The notes under the pieces were generated by a model. That model saw only the letters and a list, made by a program, of their open reading frames with translations. It was not told the DNA's origin and ran no database searches. Shown here piece by piece: positions 9,856-20,367 of a stretch of 64,000 bases of DNA. Source of the stretch: an uncultured Verrucomicrobiae bacterium. GTDB lineage: Bacteria; Chlamydiota; Chlamydiia; Chlamydiales; Rhabdochlamydiaceae. Within the stretch, counting starts at the first letter, position 1, and each line of letters opens with the position of its first letter. A program made the position numbers and the translations under genes. The DNA lies in NCBI GenBank assembly GCA_963806855.1, contig CAWDYW010000003.1, positions 352,001-416,000 on the forward strand, in the 5' to 3' direction.

Positions 9856-10666
9856 AAAAAACAAAAAAGCGAAAGTTTTCGCTGATTTACATAACAAAAA
9901 AGAGCCCTTCATTTTGGCCAATGCATGGGATGCGGCAAGTGCAAGAATTTTTGAAAAAGCAGGATTTTCGGCCATTGGAACAACGAGTGCGGGCATTGCG
10001 GCATCTAGAGGGTACCGCGATATGCAAAACATTCCTTTCTCCGAAATGCTGGATAACTTAGAGCAAATTTTATCAGCTGTAACTCTTCCTGTCTCTGTTG
10101 ATATAGAAGCGGGCTATGGAAAAAATGCCGAAGAAATAATCCATAACATAAAAAAAGTGGTCTCTTTGGGGGCTGTCGGCATTAATTTTGAAGATGGAAC
10201 GGGAAATGAAGCCTCTCCTATAACTCCGATAGCTACACAGGCGGAAAGAATTCGAGCTATCCGGGAAGAAATCCCTTCAGACTGTTTGTGGATTAATGCA
10301 CGCGTGGATGTATTTTATTTGGGGCTTATGGAAAAAGAGAAAGCTTTGGAAGAAACCATCAAGCGGGCTCATGCCTATTTAGAAGCAGGAGCCGATTCCA
10401 TTTTTGTCGCCGTGAATGATGAAGATCTAATTTCCAATCTCGTCAGAGAAATTAAAGCTCCGATCAATCTTTTGGCAAATTCCAAATTACCTTCTATAGA
10501 AGAGTTGAAACATCTCGGGGTGGCACGGGTCAGTTTGGGCTCTGGACCTATCAGGGCTACATTGGGGTTATTAGAGGAAATTTCTCATGAACTTCTAAAT
10601 TCAGGGACATATCGGAGTTTAACAAATAAAGCGGTTTCATACTCTGAGCTTCAAGAACTTTTTTGA
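9845..10666 (+). CDS. Isocitrate lyase/PEP mutase family protein
   Basis: NAWDAASA, DIEAGYG, GINFEDG, INARVD, YLEAGAD. Confidence 0.9.
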   Translation: MLREKNKKAKVFADLHNKKEPFILANAWDAASARIFEKAGFSAIGTTSAGIAASRGYRDMQNIPFSEMLDNLEQILSAVTLPVSVDIEAGYGKNAEEIIHNIKKVVSLGAVGINFEDGTGNEASPITPIATQAERIRAIREEIPSDCLWINARVDVFYLGLMEKEKALEETIKRAHAYLEAGADSIFVAVNDEDLISNLVREIKAPINLLANSKLPSIEELKHLGVARVSLGSGPIRATLGLLEEISHELLNSGTYRSLTNKAVSYSELQELF

Positions 10667-10697
10667 TTATATTTTATGGTTATTATACAATGTTGTA

Positions 10698-11657
10698 GTG
10701 ATGTCTTATTGTGCTGACAAGCAAGCAGAAGCTTTAGAGATTATTCAAAGCGAATTTAAGCTAAGTGGGCCCTTTACTACGGAGCGCATTTCAGGCGGCC
10801 TCTCTGGCTCCGAAGTGATTAAAGTAAAGACCCTTAATGGAGCTTATATCGTTCGGTTTTGGGATATGCAGTGGGCCGATTATTTCCCACAAGATTTGGC
10901 CTGTCAGTTGATTGCCTCCGCTGCGGGGTATGGGCCAAAAGTGCATTTTATCGATGAGGCAAAAGGGATCACAATGATGGATTATCATCATGCTGAACCG
11001 TACCCCAAAATTGAGGCCAAATTACAGGCGCTCGTTGATTTACTCAAAAAGATCCATACGGGCCCTGAAGTGCCAAATGGGATAGATCGAAGGGGATATC
11101 TAAATCTTCTCATCGATGAGACCAAAGAAACACCCCTGTTAGAAGCGATCAGAACAATAAAAGATACGGTATTTGCGGTCACTCGCCCCCATGCAAGTAA
11201 GGTGGCATGTCATCGAGATCTCCATCATGGCAATTTGATTTATGCAGATGGGGCTTTCTTTGCCATTGACTATACTTGGGGCGCGATGGATGATCCCTTT
11301 ACCGATTTGGCGAACATTGCAGTTTTTCACTGTGAGACTGTAGAGGAAGAGCGATTGCTTCTTCGGCTTTATTTAGAGCGTGAACCCAATGCATTGGAAA
11401 TGGCCAGATTATCCCTATTGAAGTTGCCAATCAAAATATTCTATGGATTGGAATTTTTGGGAGTAGCCTCTGCGAGCGGGGTCGATAGGGAGGCGTCATC
11501 ATCGAAAAGCTATAGGGATTTTGGCCATCATGATCGTTTAGCCCCTAGTCCTGCAGATTTGATGCATCATGGAATGACCCTTTTGAAGGAAGTCATCGAT
11601 TATTCCTCTAGTGAGCACTATTCTCAGAATCTAAATCTGTTACTGGACGACTCATGA
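10698..11657 (+). CDS. Choline/aminoglycoside phosphotransferase family kinase
   Basis: GGLSG loop, CHRDLHHGN, IDY. Confidence 0.8.
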   Translation: MMSYCADKQAEALEIIQSEFKLSGPFTTERISGGLSGSEVIKVKTLNGAYIVRFWDMQWADYFPQDLACQLIASAAGYGPKVHFIDEAKGITMMDYHHAEPYPKIEAKLQALVDLLKKIHTGPEVPNGIDRRGYLNLLIDETKETPLLEAIRTIKDTVFAVTRPHASKVACHRDLHHGNLIYADGAFFAIDYTWGAMDDPFTDLANIAVFHCETVEEERLLLRLYLEREPNALEMARLSLLKLPIKIFYGLEFLGVASASGVDREASSSKSYRDFGHHDRLAPSPADLMHHGMTLLKEVIDYSSSEHYSQNLNLLLDDS

Positions 11658-12636
11658 CATAACCATCTTGATAACTTCCATCTGGATTCCGAATCGCATT
11701 GGGTAAAGTGCCAACAATACTGAATCCGAGCCTTTCATAAAGTTTGATAGCAAGGACATTTTTGCTGAAGATCATATTGAACTGCATGGTTTGAAATCTT
11801 TGGTCTTTTGCAAAATGCAAGGAGGCTTGAATGAGCAAAGAGCCTATCCCTTTACCTCGATAGCCATCTTTCATCATATAAGCCGCATTGGCGATATGAC
11901 TTGATCTACAGAGGGGATAATTGGATCGAAGATAAAAACCTCCGACGACTTTCCCATCAAGGGTGCGGCAAACGTAGACTTGGCCCCCAGGATTGAAAAA
12001 TTGCCGATGGAATTCCTGAAGTGAGCTGTATTCATAGGGAAACTGCTCGCCGGAGTCCACAACCTCTCGGAAGATTTCATACAATTGCTCTTCATCTTTT
12101 TGCTCGAAGGGGCCTAAAACATAACCCAATTCCTTCAACCGTTTAAGTATCTGAGACAGGTTTTCGATCTGCTTACGAACAGGCTGCTCAACTTTCTTTA
12201 AGCGTGAACTTTTAAGCCCTTTTGCATAGAGAGCGATCCCATCGTAAACAGTGTTAATCTCAGCGGGAGATAAGGTCAAAAGAGCATTTTTTGTCTGATT
12301 GAAGGCGATTGGTTCAAATGCCTCAAGAGTTTGCAATCCTTTTTCAGTCAGATGGAGAAAGCGTTTTCTTTTATCCTCGCCATCAGTTATGCATTTGATA
12401 TAACCCTTTTTCACAGCTTTAGAAATCAAGCGGCTTATTGTCGATTTGTCGAGCAGCAAACGTTCGGCAATCTCACCCATTGTAGGGGGGCTGCCCGTAG
12501 ATAACTCGATGAGCAGGTGCCGCTCGGCTAAGGTGACCCCAATTTCGAAATAGGCATCATTGAGAAGACCGAGTTCCCTCACCATGCTTCTCGCATTCTG
12601 TCTCAAATAATTAATTGAATCGTGTGAAAGGTACAT
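11608..12636 (-). CDS. MarR-HTH / GNAT acetyltransferase fusion
   Basis: N-terminal LDKSTISRLI..DKRKRFLHLTEKG; C-terminal YRGKGIG and LYERLGF; AGAGG upstream of ATG 12636. Confidence 0.85.
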   Translation of the reverse strand: MYLSHDSINYLRQNARSMVRELGLLNDAYFEIGVTLAERHLLIELSTGSPPTMGEIAERLLLDKSTISRLISKAVKKGYIKCITDGEDKRKRFLHLTEKGLQTLEAFEPIAFNQTKNALLTLSPAEINTVYDGIALYAKGLKSSRLKKVEQPVRKQIENLSQILKRLKELGYVLGPFEQKDEEQLYEIFREVVDSGEQFPYEYSSLQEFHRQFFNPGGQVYVCRTLDGKVVGGFYLRSNYPLCRSSHIANAAYMMKDGYRGKGIGSLLIQASLHFAKDQRFQTMQFNMIFSKNVLAIKLYERLGFSIVGTLPNAIRNPDGSYQDGYVMSRPVTDLDSENSAH

Positions 12637-12650
12637 CGCTTTTCCTCTAA

Positions 12651-12669
12651 TAGTTGTATTATACAACTA
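12651..12669. promoter_or_regulatory. Candidate MarR operator TAGTTGTAT-T-ATACAACTA
   Basis: Perfect 9-1-9 palindrome just upstream of the MarR-GNAT start. Confidence 0.65.
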
Positions 12670-12741
12670 ATATAGCGCCTTTAGGAGTTGGCCGCAAGAG
12701 AATTCTTGCAGATTTCTCAATCAGATTTTATAATTTCTCTT

Positions 12742-13422
12742 ATGCGTTGGATTGAAAAATTTGATCTCTTCTTATTCGATTTAGATGGTCTTCTAGTCAA
12801 CACCGAAATGCTTCATTATGAGGCATATCGGTCATTGTGCAGCCATTATGGATATCAGTTGCCCTGGAACTTTTCGGAGTACTTGGAGGTGGCTCATGCC
12901 AGCTCAGAAGGGCTGCGCGAGGCCCTTTATCCTCATTTGGCGTCTCAAGGGGGCGAGTGGAGCTCGATCTATGCGATGAAAAAGAAGATTTACCAAGAGT
13001 CGCTCAATAAGGGAAAACTCAGCTTGATGCCCGGGGTGGAAGCCCTTTTGCAAGAGCTTGCGGGGGCGAGGCTGAAGCGGTGCGTCGCGACCCATTCGAC
13101 CAAAGAGCAGGTTGAGACGATCAAACACCATCTTCCCATATTGAAGACGATTCCAGTTTGGATCACTCGCGAAGATTATGAATCACCCAAGCCGGCGCCA
13201 GATGCCTATTTAAAAGCGATCGAGCTGCTCGCCGACCCTGGAGATAGGATCGTTGGGTTTGAGGACAGTTTTCGGGGGTTGCAGGCCTTGCGGGCCACAT
13301 TGGCGCTGCCGGTACTGATCTGTGATCCAAAACATCGGCAACTCAAAAGTGAAGAGCTAGTCGGCACGGTCCATTATCCTTCATTTGAAAAGATCCCCAG
13401 CAATTTTAAGGCTAATAAATGA
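12742..13422 (+). CDS. HAD-family phosphatase (beta-PGM/CbbY-like)
   Basis: FDLDGLL, KPAPD, FEDS. Confidence 0.9.
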   Translation: MRWIEKFDLFLFDLDGLLVNTEMLHYEAYRSLCSHYGYQLPWNFSEYLEVAHASSEGLREALYPHLASQGGEWSSIYAMKKKIYQESLNKGKLSLMPGVEALLQELAGARLKRCVATHSTKEQVETIKHHLPILKTIPVWITREDYESPKPAPDAYLKAIELLADPGDRIVGFEDSFRGLQALRATLALPVLICDPKHRQLKSEELVGTVHYPSFEKIPSNFKANK

Positions 13423-14167
13423 CTTTCACAAGGAATAATCCCTGAGGCGGTGCGCAGGCGCCCCCTTGTCGCCGATCTTTTGCTTCAAAGATGAGGGGGA
13501 GTTGCTCGATGCTGAGTTTCCCACGGGCGACATCGAGGATCGTTCCCATGATATTGCGGACCATTTTGTAGAGGAATCCGTCGGCCTCGAATTCAAAGGT
13601 CAATTCATCGCCGTTTTCAACAATATCTATACGCTTGATCGTTCGGACAGCATCACGTGAGGCGCTTCCACGGTGCGCTTCATTCGAAAAGGCGGTGAAG
13701 TCGTGCTCTCCGACAAAATGGGCGGCTGCGTTTTTGAGCAATTCTCGATCGAGGGGATAGAAGAGATGCGTCATGTAGAGCCGTTTGAAGGGGCTTAAGA
13801 CGCGGCCGGTGTGGAGATGGTAGTGGTAGATTTTCCCTTTGGCGCTGTAACGAGCATGGAAATCGTCTGCGGCAGGTGAAATGGCGGTGACACGGATGTC
13901 GAGGGGAAGAAGGCCATTGAGTGAGTAGTGAAGTTTTTCGAGATCGAAAGCCCCCTCATAGGCAAAATGAGCCACCTGCTCGAGGGCATGGACGCCGGCG
14001 TCGGTGCGGCCTGAGCTGGTCACTTTGATGGGATGATGCAGCGCAGTTGAGAGAGCCTTTTCGACGAGGGTTTGGATCGAGGTGCCATTAGGTTGCACTT
14101 GCCAGCCGCAGTAGTGAGTGCCGTCATAGGCAATGAGCAGCTTATATTTGGCAATTGACATATTCAT
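13412..14167 (-). CDS. truA: tRNA pseudouridine(38-40) synthase
   Basis: YDGT..GWQ, GRTDAGVHA, FLYKMVR. Confidence 0.95.
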   Translation of the reverse strand: MNMSIAKYKLLIAYDGTHYCGWQVQPNGTSIQTLVEKALSTALHHPIKVTSSGRTDAGVHALEQVAHFAYEGAFDLEKLHYSLNGLLPLDIRVTAISPAADDFHARYSAKGKIYHYHLHTGRVLSPFKRLYMTHLFYPLDRELLKNAAAHFVGEHDFTAFSNEAHRGSASRDAVRTIKRIDIVENGDELTFEFEADGFLYKMVRNIMGTILDVARGKLSIEQLPLIFEAKDRRQGGACAPPQGLFLVKVIY

Positions 14168-14807
14168 TTAGGACATTTTCTGCAAGGAGGAGGTCCTCGG
14201 GGGTGGTCACTTTGATGTTTTCGTAGGAACCCATGACGAGTTTCACTGGGTGGCCGATGAGTTCGGCGAGTGAGACATCATCGGAGACTGTGAGATTCTG
14301 CTTTTCTGCTTTCTCAAAGCCGGCGATGAGGAGCTCTTTTTTAAGCACTTGGGGTGTTTGGATTTCAAAGAGGCTGTCGCGTGGCAAAGTTTGAATAACC
14401 ATGCAGCTCTGATCGGCTTGCTTGATAGTCATTTTGACCGGTGTCGCTAAGCAGGCTGCTCCAAATTTGAGTCCTGCGTCGATCACTGCCTCGACATCTT
14501 CTTTTCTTACTAGGGGACGAGCTGCGTCGTGGACTAAAACATATTCGGAGTCTTTGCAGACGTGCTGAAGAGCATTGAAAAGGGAGTCTTGCCGCCGTTC
14601 TCCTGGCTGCGCAAATATGCCGTTTTTAAAGAGCGATTGGTATTCTGTGTCGCAGACGACGATCACTTCTTTGACTTGATCGAGTTGATGCAAGAGTTCA
14701 TAGCTGTATAGAGCAATGATTTTTCCCGCTAGAGGGAGATATTGTTTGGGTGTCGTAATCCCCATTCTGGATCCGATACCGCCTGATAGAAGAATTGCTG
14801 AAACCAT
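14142..14807 (-). CDS. ispD: 2-C-methyl-D-erythritol 4-phosphate cytidylyltransferase
   Basis: GGIGSRM..PKQY, HDAARP, QTPQ, KVTTPED. Confidence 0.95.
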   Translation of the reverse strand: MVSAILLSGGIGSRMGITTPKQYLPLAGKIIALYSYELLHQLDQVKEVIVVCDTEYQSLFKNGIFAQPGERRQDSLFNALQHVCKDSEYVLVHDAARPLVRKEDVEAVIDAGLKFGAACLATPVKMTIKQADQSCMVIQTLPRDSLFEIQTPQVLKKELLIAGFEKAEKQNLTVSDDVSLAELIGHPVKLVMGSYENIKVTTPEDLLLAENVLNEYVNCQI

Positions 14808-14810
14808 ATT

Positions 14811-14844
14811 AAAAAGAAGCGGCAGAAGGTTTCCCTTCTGCCGC
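14811..14844 (-). terminator. Intrinsic terminator of the SWIB gene
   Basis: GCGGCAGAAGG/CCTTCTGCCGC hairpin followed by a T-rich run on the minus strand. Confidence 0.75.
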
Positions 14845-14851
14845 CAATCCT

Positions 14852-15106
14852 TTATGAAAGATGTTTACTGACTTCTTTTGTCATATCAAACATGTTGATA
14901 GGCTTTTTGCCCAGAACTTTTGCGAGTTTGTCGTCTGGGTTAATCAGGCGCTTATTCTTGGGGTCTTGTCTTTTATTTTCTTTAATGTAAGCCCAAAGTT
15001 TTTTTGTCACTTCGGTGCGTGGCATGGGTCCTTTCCCAACAACAGCTTGTAGCTCTGGAGAGAGTTTCATTGGTTGCATAAATTTTGATGGTGCCTTTTT
15101 TGCCAT
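14852..15106 (-). CDS. SWIB/MDM2 domain protein
   Basis: LSPELQAVVG..RTEVTKKLWAYIK..QDPKNKR; AAAGGAG RBS. Confidence 0.92.
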   Translation of the reverse strand: MAKKAPSKFMQPMKLSPELQAVVGKGPMPRTEVTKKLWAYIKENKRQDPKNKRLINPDDKLAKVLGKKPINMFDMTKEVSKHLS

Positions 15107-15137
15107 ATTTTACTCCTTTCAAATTCTTTTTGGCCTT

Positions 15138-15307
15138 GAGGCAGTTGCTAAACTCAGGTTCAGTCGATTTTCGGGTTCTTTTGAGCCGATTTTCGATTCA
15201 AATTCGGGGGGTAATATCACCTTCCGTATATTACCCCTCGAATATGAATCGAAAATCGGCCAAAATAATCCCGAAAATCGATGAACCCTGAGTTTCGCAA
15301 CTGCCTC
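15138..15307. repeat. 170-bp palindromic MITE-like element
   Basis: Termini GAGGCAGTTGCTAAACTCAGG / CCTGAGTTTCGCAACTGCCTC; pairs imperfectly over its whole length. Confidence 0.85.
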
Positions 15308-15501
15308 CTTCACTGCGCTATCTTAGCGCGGTCGCTAACGAGGCAATTATATATATTCCTCGAAGGACATGTTGTAACTGTATAGGGGAATTATAGTCAA
15401 AAAAAATCATTCCGTCTAGCAAACTTTTAGCAAAACCTTGCATTTTTCCCTGGATTCGGGCACCTTTCGAGGGCGAGGCAACAAATGGTTATTCGAAAAA
15501 G

Positions 15502-17551
15502 ATGAGCTGTAATATCGATCGAGAAGTGCTTGTGGACCAAGATTTGGCTCAATTAGCAGCCGATCTAAAAATTTCCATTTCCAACAAAAAAAAAGTTGAA
15601 GTGCTCGAAAAATTTATTTCGGAGAGGGGGATTAAATACTCGGAAAAACCCGATTTTTCTGAGCAGGAGAAGGTCATTCTCTATTCGATCTTAGCCCTCG
15701 GTCAAGGACATGTTCTGAGTGGAATTGACCAAGACGAACTTGATGAGCTCACTGCCTCTCTATATCCTGTGGAACAGTTTTACCAAGACATAGGGGGGCT
15801 CGTCGGTTATCATTTTACTTGTCTTGCTCTTTTGGCAAAAAAAGGGAGCGAAGAGCAACGTTGTCATCCACCCAATCCTATTGATATCTCTTGTGAAAGC
15901 CCTTTGACTCGTCAATCTCTCCTCTCGGCTTTAGAGCATCTTGATGAAATGGCCGAGATCTATCCGCTTGGAGGGGCTGCTGATCGGCTCTCTCTTAGAA
16001 AAGAAGAGGCCGGAATTTTCCAAATTGCTGCGACCTTAGAGTTTTGTGAGAAGACTCTTCTAGAGCGTTTAATCGAAGATTTGCAGGCGCGCGAATATCT
16101 CCATTATAAGATATTCGGAAGGCAGATTACAGTGCCGATTGTTCTAATGACCTCTGAAGAAAAAAGGGGGAACAACCCAGGTAAACAAGAACTTCAAAGA
16201 AAAAAACTGGTTTGGAAGGCGGCGCGAAGACATATTCCTTTTCTCTCAGCCGCTAGTCCCCACGATGGATAAAGAGGGGCAGTGGAGCCTGATCGGTAAA
16301 GGGAAGCTTCTTCTCAAACCTGGTGGGCATGGGGTCATTTGGAAATTAGCGAAGGACTCGGGAGCATTTGATTGGCTAAACAAAAGGGGCAAGACAAAAG
16401 CCTTGATGCGCCAAATCAACAATCTCGTTGCGAGTGTCGATTATGGCCTTTTGGCGTTCTTGGGAATTGGATTTGATCAGGGCAAAGATTTTGGTTTTGC
16501 CGCCTGCCCATGCACTAAAGGGGTGAGCGAAGGGGTCAATGTGATCGTCGAGTCAGAAAAAGGGCTTTGCCTGACCAATATTGAGTATTGTGAAGGGGTA
16601 GAGAATCTCCCATCCACACTGGCCAATACCAACCTCCTCTTCGTCTCGATTGAGACGATTGAGCAGCTACTTCAGAGCTGTCCTTTTCCGGGGATGCTCG
16701 TCAACGCGAAAAAAATGAAGTACCGTGATGCGAGTGGACTCATCGAAGAGAAAGAGGTGGTCCGGCTCGAATCGACCATGCAAAACATTGCCGATGCACT
16801 CATTGAGCCTTCTGAGATCACACGCAGCTATATTACACTGAATAAACGGAAAAAAACGATTTCAACCATCAAGAAAGAGTTCGCATTCGGATCCTCCATG
16901 CTCCAAACGCCTGAGCAATGTTATCTCGATCTACTCGAAAATGGGCGCGACCTGCTGGTTAACTATTGCCATTTCCAAGTTCCTACCCTCAATGATTCGA
17001 TGAGCTTTTTCCAAAATGGCCCCTCTTTCATCTTCCTCTATCACCCTGCCCTCGGACCACTCTACCAAGTTATTCAGCAGAAGGTCAAAAAGGGGCGACT
17101 AGCTTTGGGCAGTGAGCTGAAACTGCAGATCGCCGATCTCGATGTTGAGAATCTCGATGTCGATGGAAGTTTAGAGATCGTCACCGATTCGATCATGGGC
17201 CATCACGATGAAGATGGGGTCATCCACTATAGCAATCAAACTGGTAAGTGCACTCTGAAAAATGTCAGGGTGCGCAATTCGGGCATCAACCGCGAAGCAT
17301 CCCGCTCATTTTGGAAAGATGAAGTTGTCCATAAAGAAAAGTGTGAGATCTTCATTGAACAGGGTGGAGAATTCTATGCAGAGAACGTCTACTTCCGCGG
17401 CGAGATTCGCATCCGGGTTCCAAGCGGGGTGAAACTCACAGCCTTTATGAACAACGGCAGAGTCGAATTTGTAGAAGAGCTCCTCCAGCAACCTACCTGG
17501 TGCTGGAAATATCGGGTGAATGATCAGGGCGAGATCGTGCTCAATAGATAG
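15502..17551 (+). CDS. UTP--glucose-1-phosphate uridylyltransferase, UGP3-like (one apparent frameshift)
   Basis: PLGGAADRL, KPGGHGVIWKL, RQINN, ESTMQNIAD; removing one A near 16160-16165 gives a continuous EEKGGTTQVNKNFKEKNWFG..FSQPLVP. Confidence 0.85.
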
Positions 17552-17555
17552 GCCA

Positions 17556-17650
17556 TTTTCAACGCAAGGACGCAAAGGCGCCAAGGCGCAAAAAAAAATG
17601 AAATTAATTTTTTCTTGCGTCTTGGCGCCTTCGCGTCTTTGCGTTGAAAT
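17556..17650. repeat. REP-like palindrome, CGCAAAG family (copy 1)
   Basis: TTCAACGCAAGGACGCAAAGGCG...CGCCTTCGCGTCTTTGCGTTGAA between convergent genes. Confidence 0.85.
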
Positions 17651-17658
17651 TGCTAAAT

Positions 17659-17686
17659 AAAAAGAGCGGATGAGAGTCCCATCCGC
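17659..17686 (-). terminator. Intrinsic terminator
   Basis: GCGGATG/CATCCGC hairpin followed by a T-run on the minus strand, after the gene at 17704. Confidence 0.6.
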
Positions 17687-17703
17687 CTAAGTAACTTCAA
17701 TAA

Positions 17704-18090
17704 CTATACTTTCTTTGCTTCAGGCTGAGCAGGTGTTGGAGCAGTAATCTTTACTTCCACTTTCTTAGCTTCTGTGCTGCAGAAGAGGTAAGAACCTAGA
17801 ATTGTGAAGAGCGCTACAGCTGGAACTGCAACTGCAAGAGTAATTGCTACAGGTTGATTTGCAGCGATTAGATCTTTCAATTTTACAGCTTGCTCACGGA
17901 CAAAATGAATAAGAGAAGCAAATACAGGCTTAACAGCCTCAACGATTCTCTCAACGATTGTTTTGAGCGAACTTACGAGCCATGTGACTTGTCTTCCAAG
18001 CCAATTAGCAACGTCGATGACTCCGCTTTTAACTTGATCAAATGCACTTGTTGTAGCATCTGCGACTGGGTGTGTGATTGCAGCTGACAT
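17704..18090 (-). CDS. Hypothetical membrane protein
   Basis: AGGAGG RBS; one hydrophobic segment (VAITLAVAVPAVALFTILGSYLFC). Confidence 0.75.
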   Translation of the reverse strand: MSAAITHPVADATTSAFDQVKSGVIDVANWLGRQVTWLVSSLKTIVERIVEAVKPVFASLIHFVREQAVKLKDLIAANQPVAITLAVAVPAVALFTILGSYLFCSTEAKKVEVKITAPTPAQPEAKKV

Positions 18091-18256
18091 TAGTTACCTC
18101 CTAAGGAACGGTTTTATAGTGTGTGTAAGAAGGGTGAAATTTTTCCCTCTTTTCAAAATCACAGCAATTATATCGAACACTGGATTAATGTAAAGGGATC
18201 GTTAACCGTTTGTCAAATTTTCTTTGGCTTCGGAGGAAGTGCATCCCGCCTCGCAA

Positions 18257-18285
18257 TTGACAATTTTTCCCACGGCAGCTATCCT
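18257..18285 (+). promoter_or_regulatory. Sigma70-type promoter of prfB
   Basis: TTGACA-17 nt-TATCCT, ending 7 nt before the ATG. Confidence 0.55.
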
Positions 18286-18292
18286 TACATAT

Positions 18293-19388
18293 ATGAACGA
18301 CCATCTTACAGATCAGTTAAAAAGTATCGACAATCGCCTCCTTCATATGTGGAGGTATCTTTGACGTCGCTGAGAAGGAAAAACAAGTCAATCTTTTAGA
18401 AGCGCGGATGCAGGAGTCCGATTTTTGGAACGACCCTGCAAAAGCCCAAAAGGTTATCGACCAATCGAACCAGCTGAAAGGCTGGACTATCCCATATAAA
18501 GATATCAAAGAGCGATTTGAAAACGTCAAATCCCTTTTGCCCGAAGTCGATGAGAGCAGCGATGCCGAATTTTATAACGAATTATTAAATGAGCTGAAGA
18601 CCATCGAGGCGAAAATCGAAGAGCTGGAAGTCAAACGGATGCTCTCCGGCGAGCTCGATCCTAAAAATTGTTATTTGAGCATCAACGCTGGCGCCGGCGG
18701 GACCGAAGCCTGCGATTGGGCGCAGATGCTTTCCCGTATGTACGAACGGTGGTGTAATAAGAGGGGATGGAAGGTCGAGTCGATCGATTCTGTCGAAGGG
18801 GATGTGGCCGGAATCAAGAGCGTCACCTTTCGGATTTCAGGCCCTTTTGCCTATGGGTATTGTAAAGCCGAAAAAGGGGTCCATCGTCTTGTTCGCATCT
18901 CTCCATTCGACGCTAATGCCAAGCGGCATACCAGTTTCGCCTCTGTCGATGTGACCCCCGAGCTTGAGGACGATATCAAAATTGAGATTCGCCCCGATCA
19001 CATTCGGGTCGACACTTTCCGCTCTTCAGGCGCAGGTGGTCAGCACGTCAACACGACCGATTCAGCTGTCCGGATCACCCACATTCCGACCGGCATTGTC
19101 GTCTCTTGCCAGAACGAAAGGAGTCAAATTCAGAATCGGGAGACCTGCATGAAGCTCCTTCGTTCGAAGCTCTATGAAAAAGAGTGCCTTGAGCGGGAGA
19201 GCAAGATCAAAGAAATCGGCGGTCAAAAGATGGAAATTGCTTGGGGAAGCCAAATACGCAACTATGTATTCCAACCTTATACTCTTGTCAAAGATACTCG
19301 AACTAAGTATGAAGTGGGAAATGTAGAGGCAGTAATGGACGGGGATCTTGACGGATTTGTCCATGCCTTCCTTAAGGAATTTAGTTAA
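18293..19388 (+). CDS. prfB: Peptide chain release factor 2 with programmed +1 frameshift
   Basis: ATG 18293; GGAGGTATCTTTGAC shift site at 18351-18365; SPF and GGQ motifs. Confidence 0.96.
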
Positions 19389-19885
19389 TGGATATAACAA
19401 GTTCTCCCGATTTTGATATCCGCTTTTCGACGCTCGATGATTTGCCTTCCTTAAAAAAATGGCTTAAAGCAGAGCTCCACTGGTATCCACCCTCAGATGA
19501 TGAGGAACTCGAGAATTTCGCCGGCATCTGGTTAAGCTTTGCCAAATACAACGCCTCCCTCACCGCAGTTTTCAAAAACAGACCCATCGGGATCGGCACC
19601 CTATTCTTGATGCCCTATCGGAAAGTGGCCCACCAGTGCATGTTCCAATTGATCGTCGACCCCGAGAATCAGCGAAAAGGGGTCGGACAAGCGCTTGTCA
19701 AGAACCTCAAACACCTTGCAAAAAATCGGTTTCGGCTCGATCTGATGCATGTGGAGATCCTCGATGAAAGTCCGCTGATCCAGCTCCTCAAAGTTCAAGG
19801 ATTCACCGAGTTTGCCAGACAAGAGAAGTATGTCAAAGAAAATGGGGTCTATTTTCCCAGGATTTTGATGGAGGTCGATCTATGA
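19388..19885 (+). CDS. GNAT acetyltransferase
   Basis: QRKGVG motif A; translationally coupled to prfB. Confidence 0.85.
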   Translation: MDITSSPDFDIRFSTLDDLPSLKKWLKAELHWYPPSDDEELENFAGIWLSFAKYNASLTAVFKNRPIGIGTLFLMPYRKVAHQCMFQLIVDPENQRKGVGQALVKNLKHLAKNRFRLDLMHVEILDESPLIQLLKVQGFTEFARQEKYVKENGVYFPRILMEVDL

Positions 19886-20367
19886 ATCTCTCTATCCGAC
19901 TCAGCATTCCAGAGGATGTGGAATTGTTCAAAAGAAGTTTGCAGGCTCCCGATGTGCTCCGCTATTTCCCTATGTACGATATACGAGAGATTGAAGATTC
20001 GGCCCGCATTTGGGAAATCTACTGCAAGAAAGGAGCCAGTCTAACCGCTGTCGTCGATGGGGTCGATTGCGGGATTGCCTTTCTTAACCTTCAGGTCTAT
20101 AAAAAATTTACCCACCAATGCTTGATCACGATCATCGTCGACGAGGGATACCGGAATCAAGGAGTGGGGACAGCGCTCCTCCAAGAGCTATTTAAACTAG
20201 CTAAGGAAACCTTTCATCTCGAGATGCTCCATTTGGAGGTCTATGCGACGAATCCCGCCATCAATCTCTACAAGCGGATGGGCTTCAAAGAATTTGGCGT
20301 CCAAGAGAAGTTCATTAAAGAGAAAGGCAAGTACATAGGAAAAACTTTAATGGAACGGTACCTTTAG
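19882..20367 (+). CDS. GNAT acetyltransferase
   Basis: YRNQGVG, NPAINLYKRMGF. Confidence 0.88.
   Translation: MNLSIRLSIPEDVELFKRSLQAPDVLRYFPMYDIREIEDSARIWEIYCKKGASLTAVVDGVDCGIAFLNLQVYKKFTHQCLITIIVDEGYRNQGVGTALLQELFKLAKETFHLEMLHLEVYATNPAINLYKRMGFKEFGVQEKFIKEKGKYIGKTLMERYL

Noticed and set aside
15015..15313. Small ORFs over the 170-bp palindrome
   Set aside because: By-products of the repeat; no supporting signals
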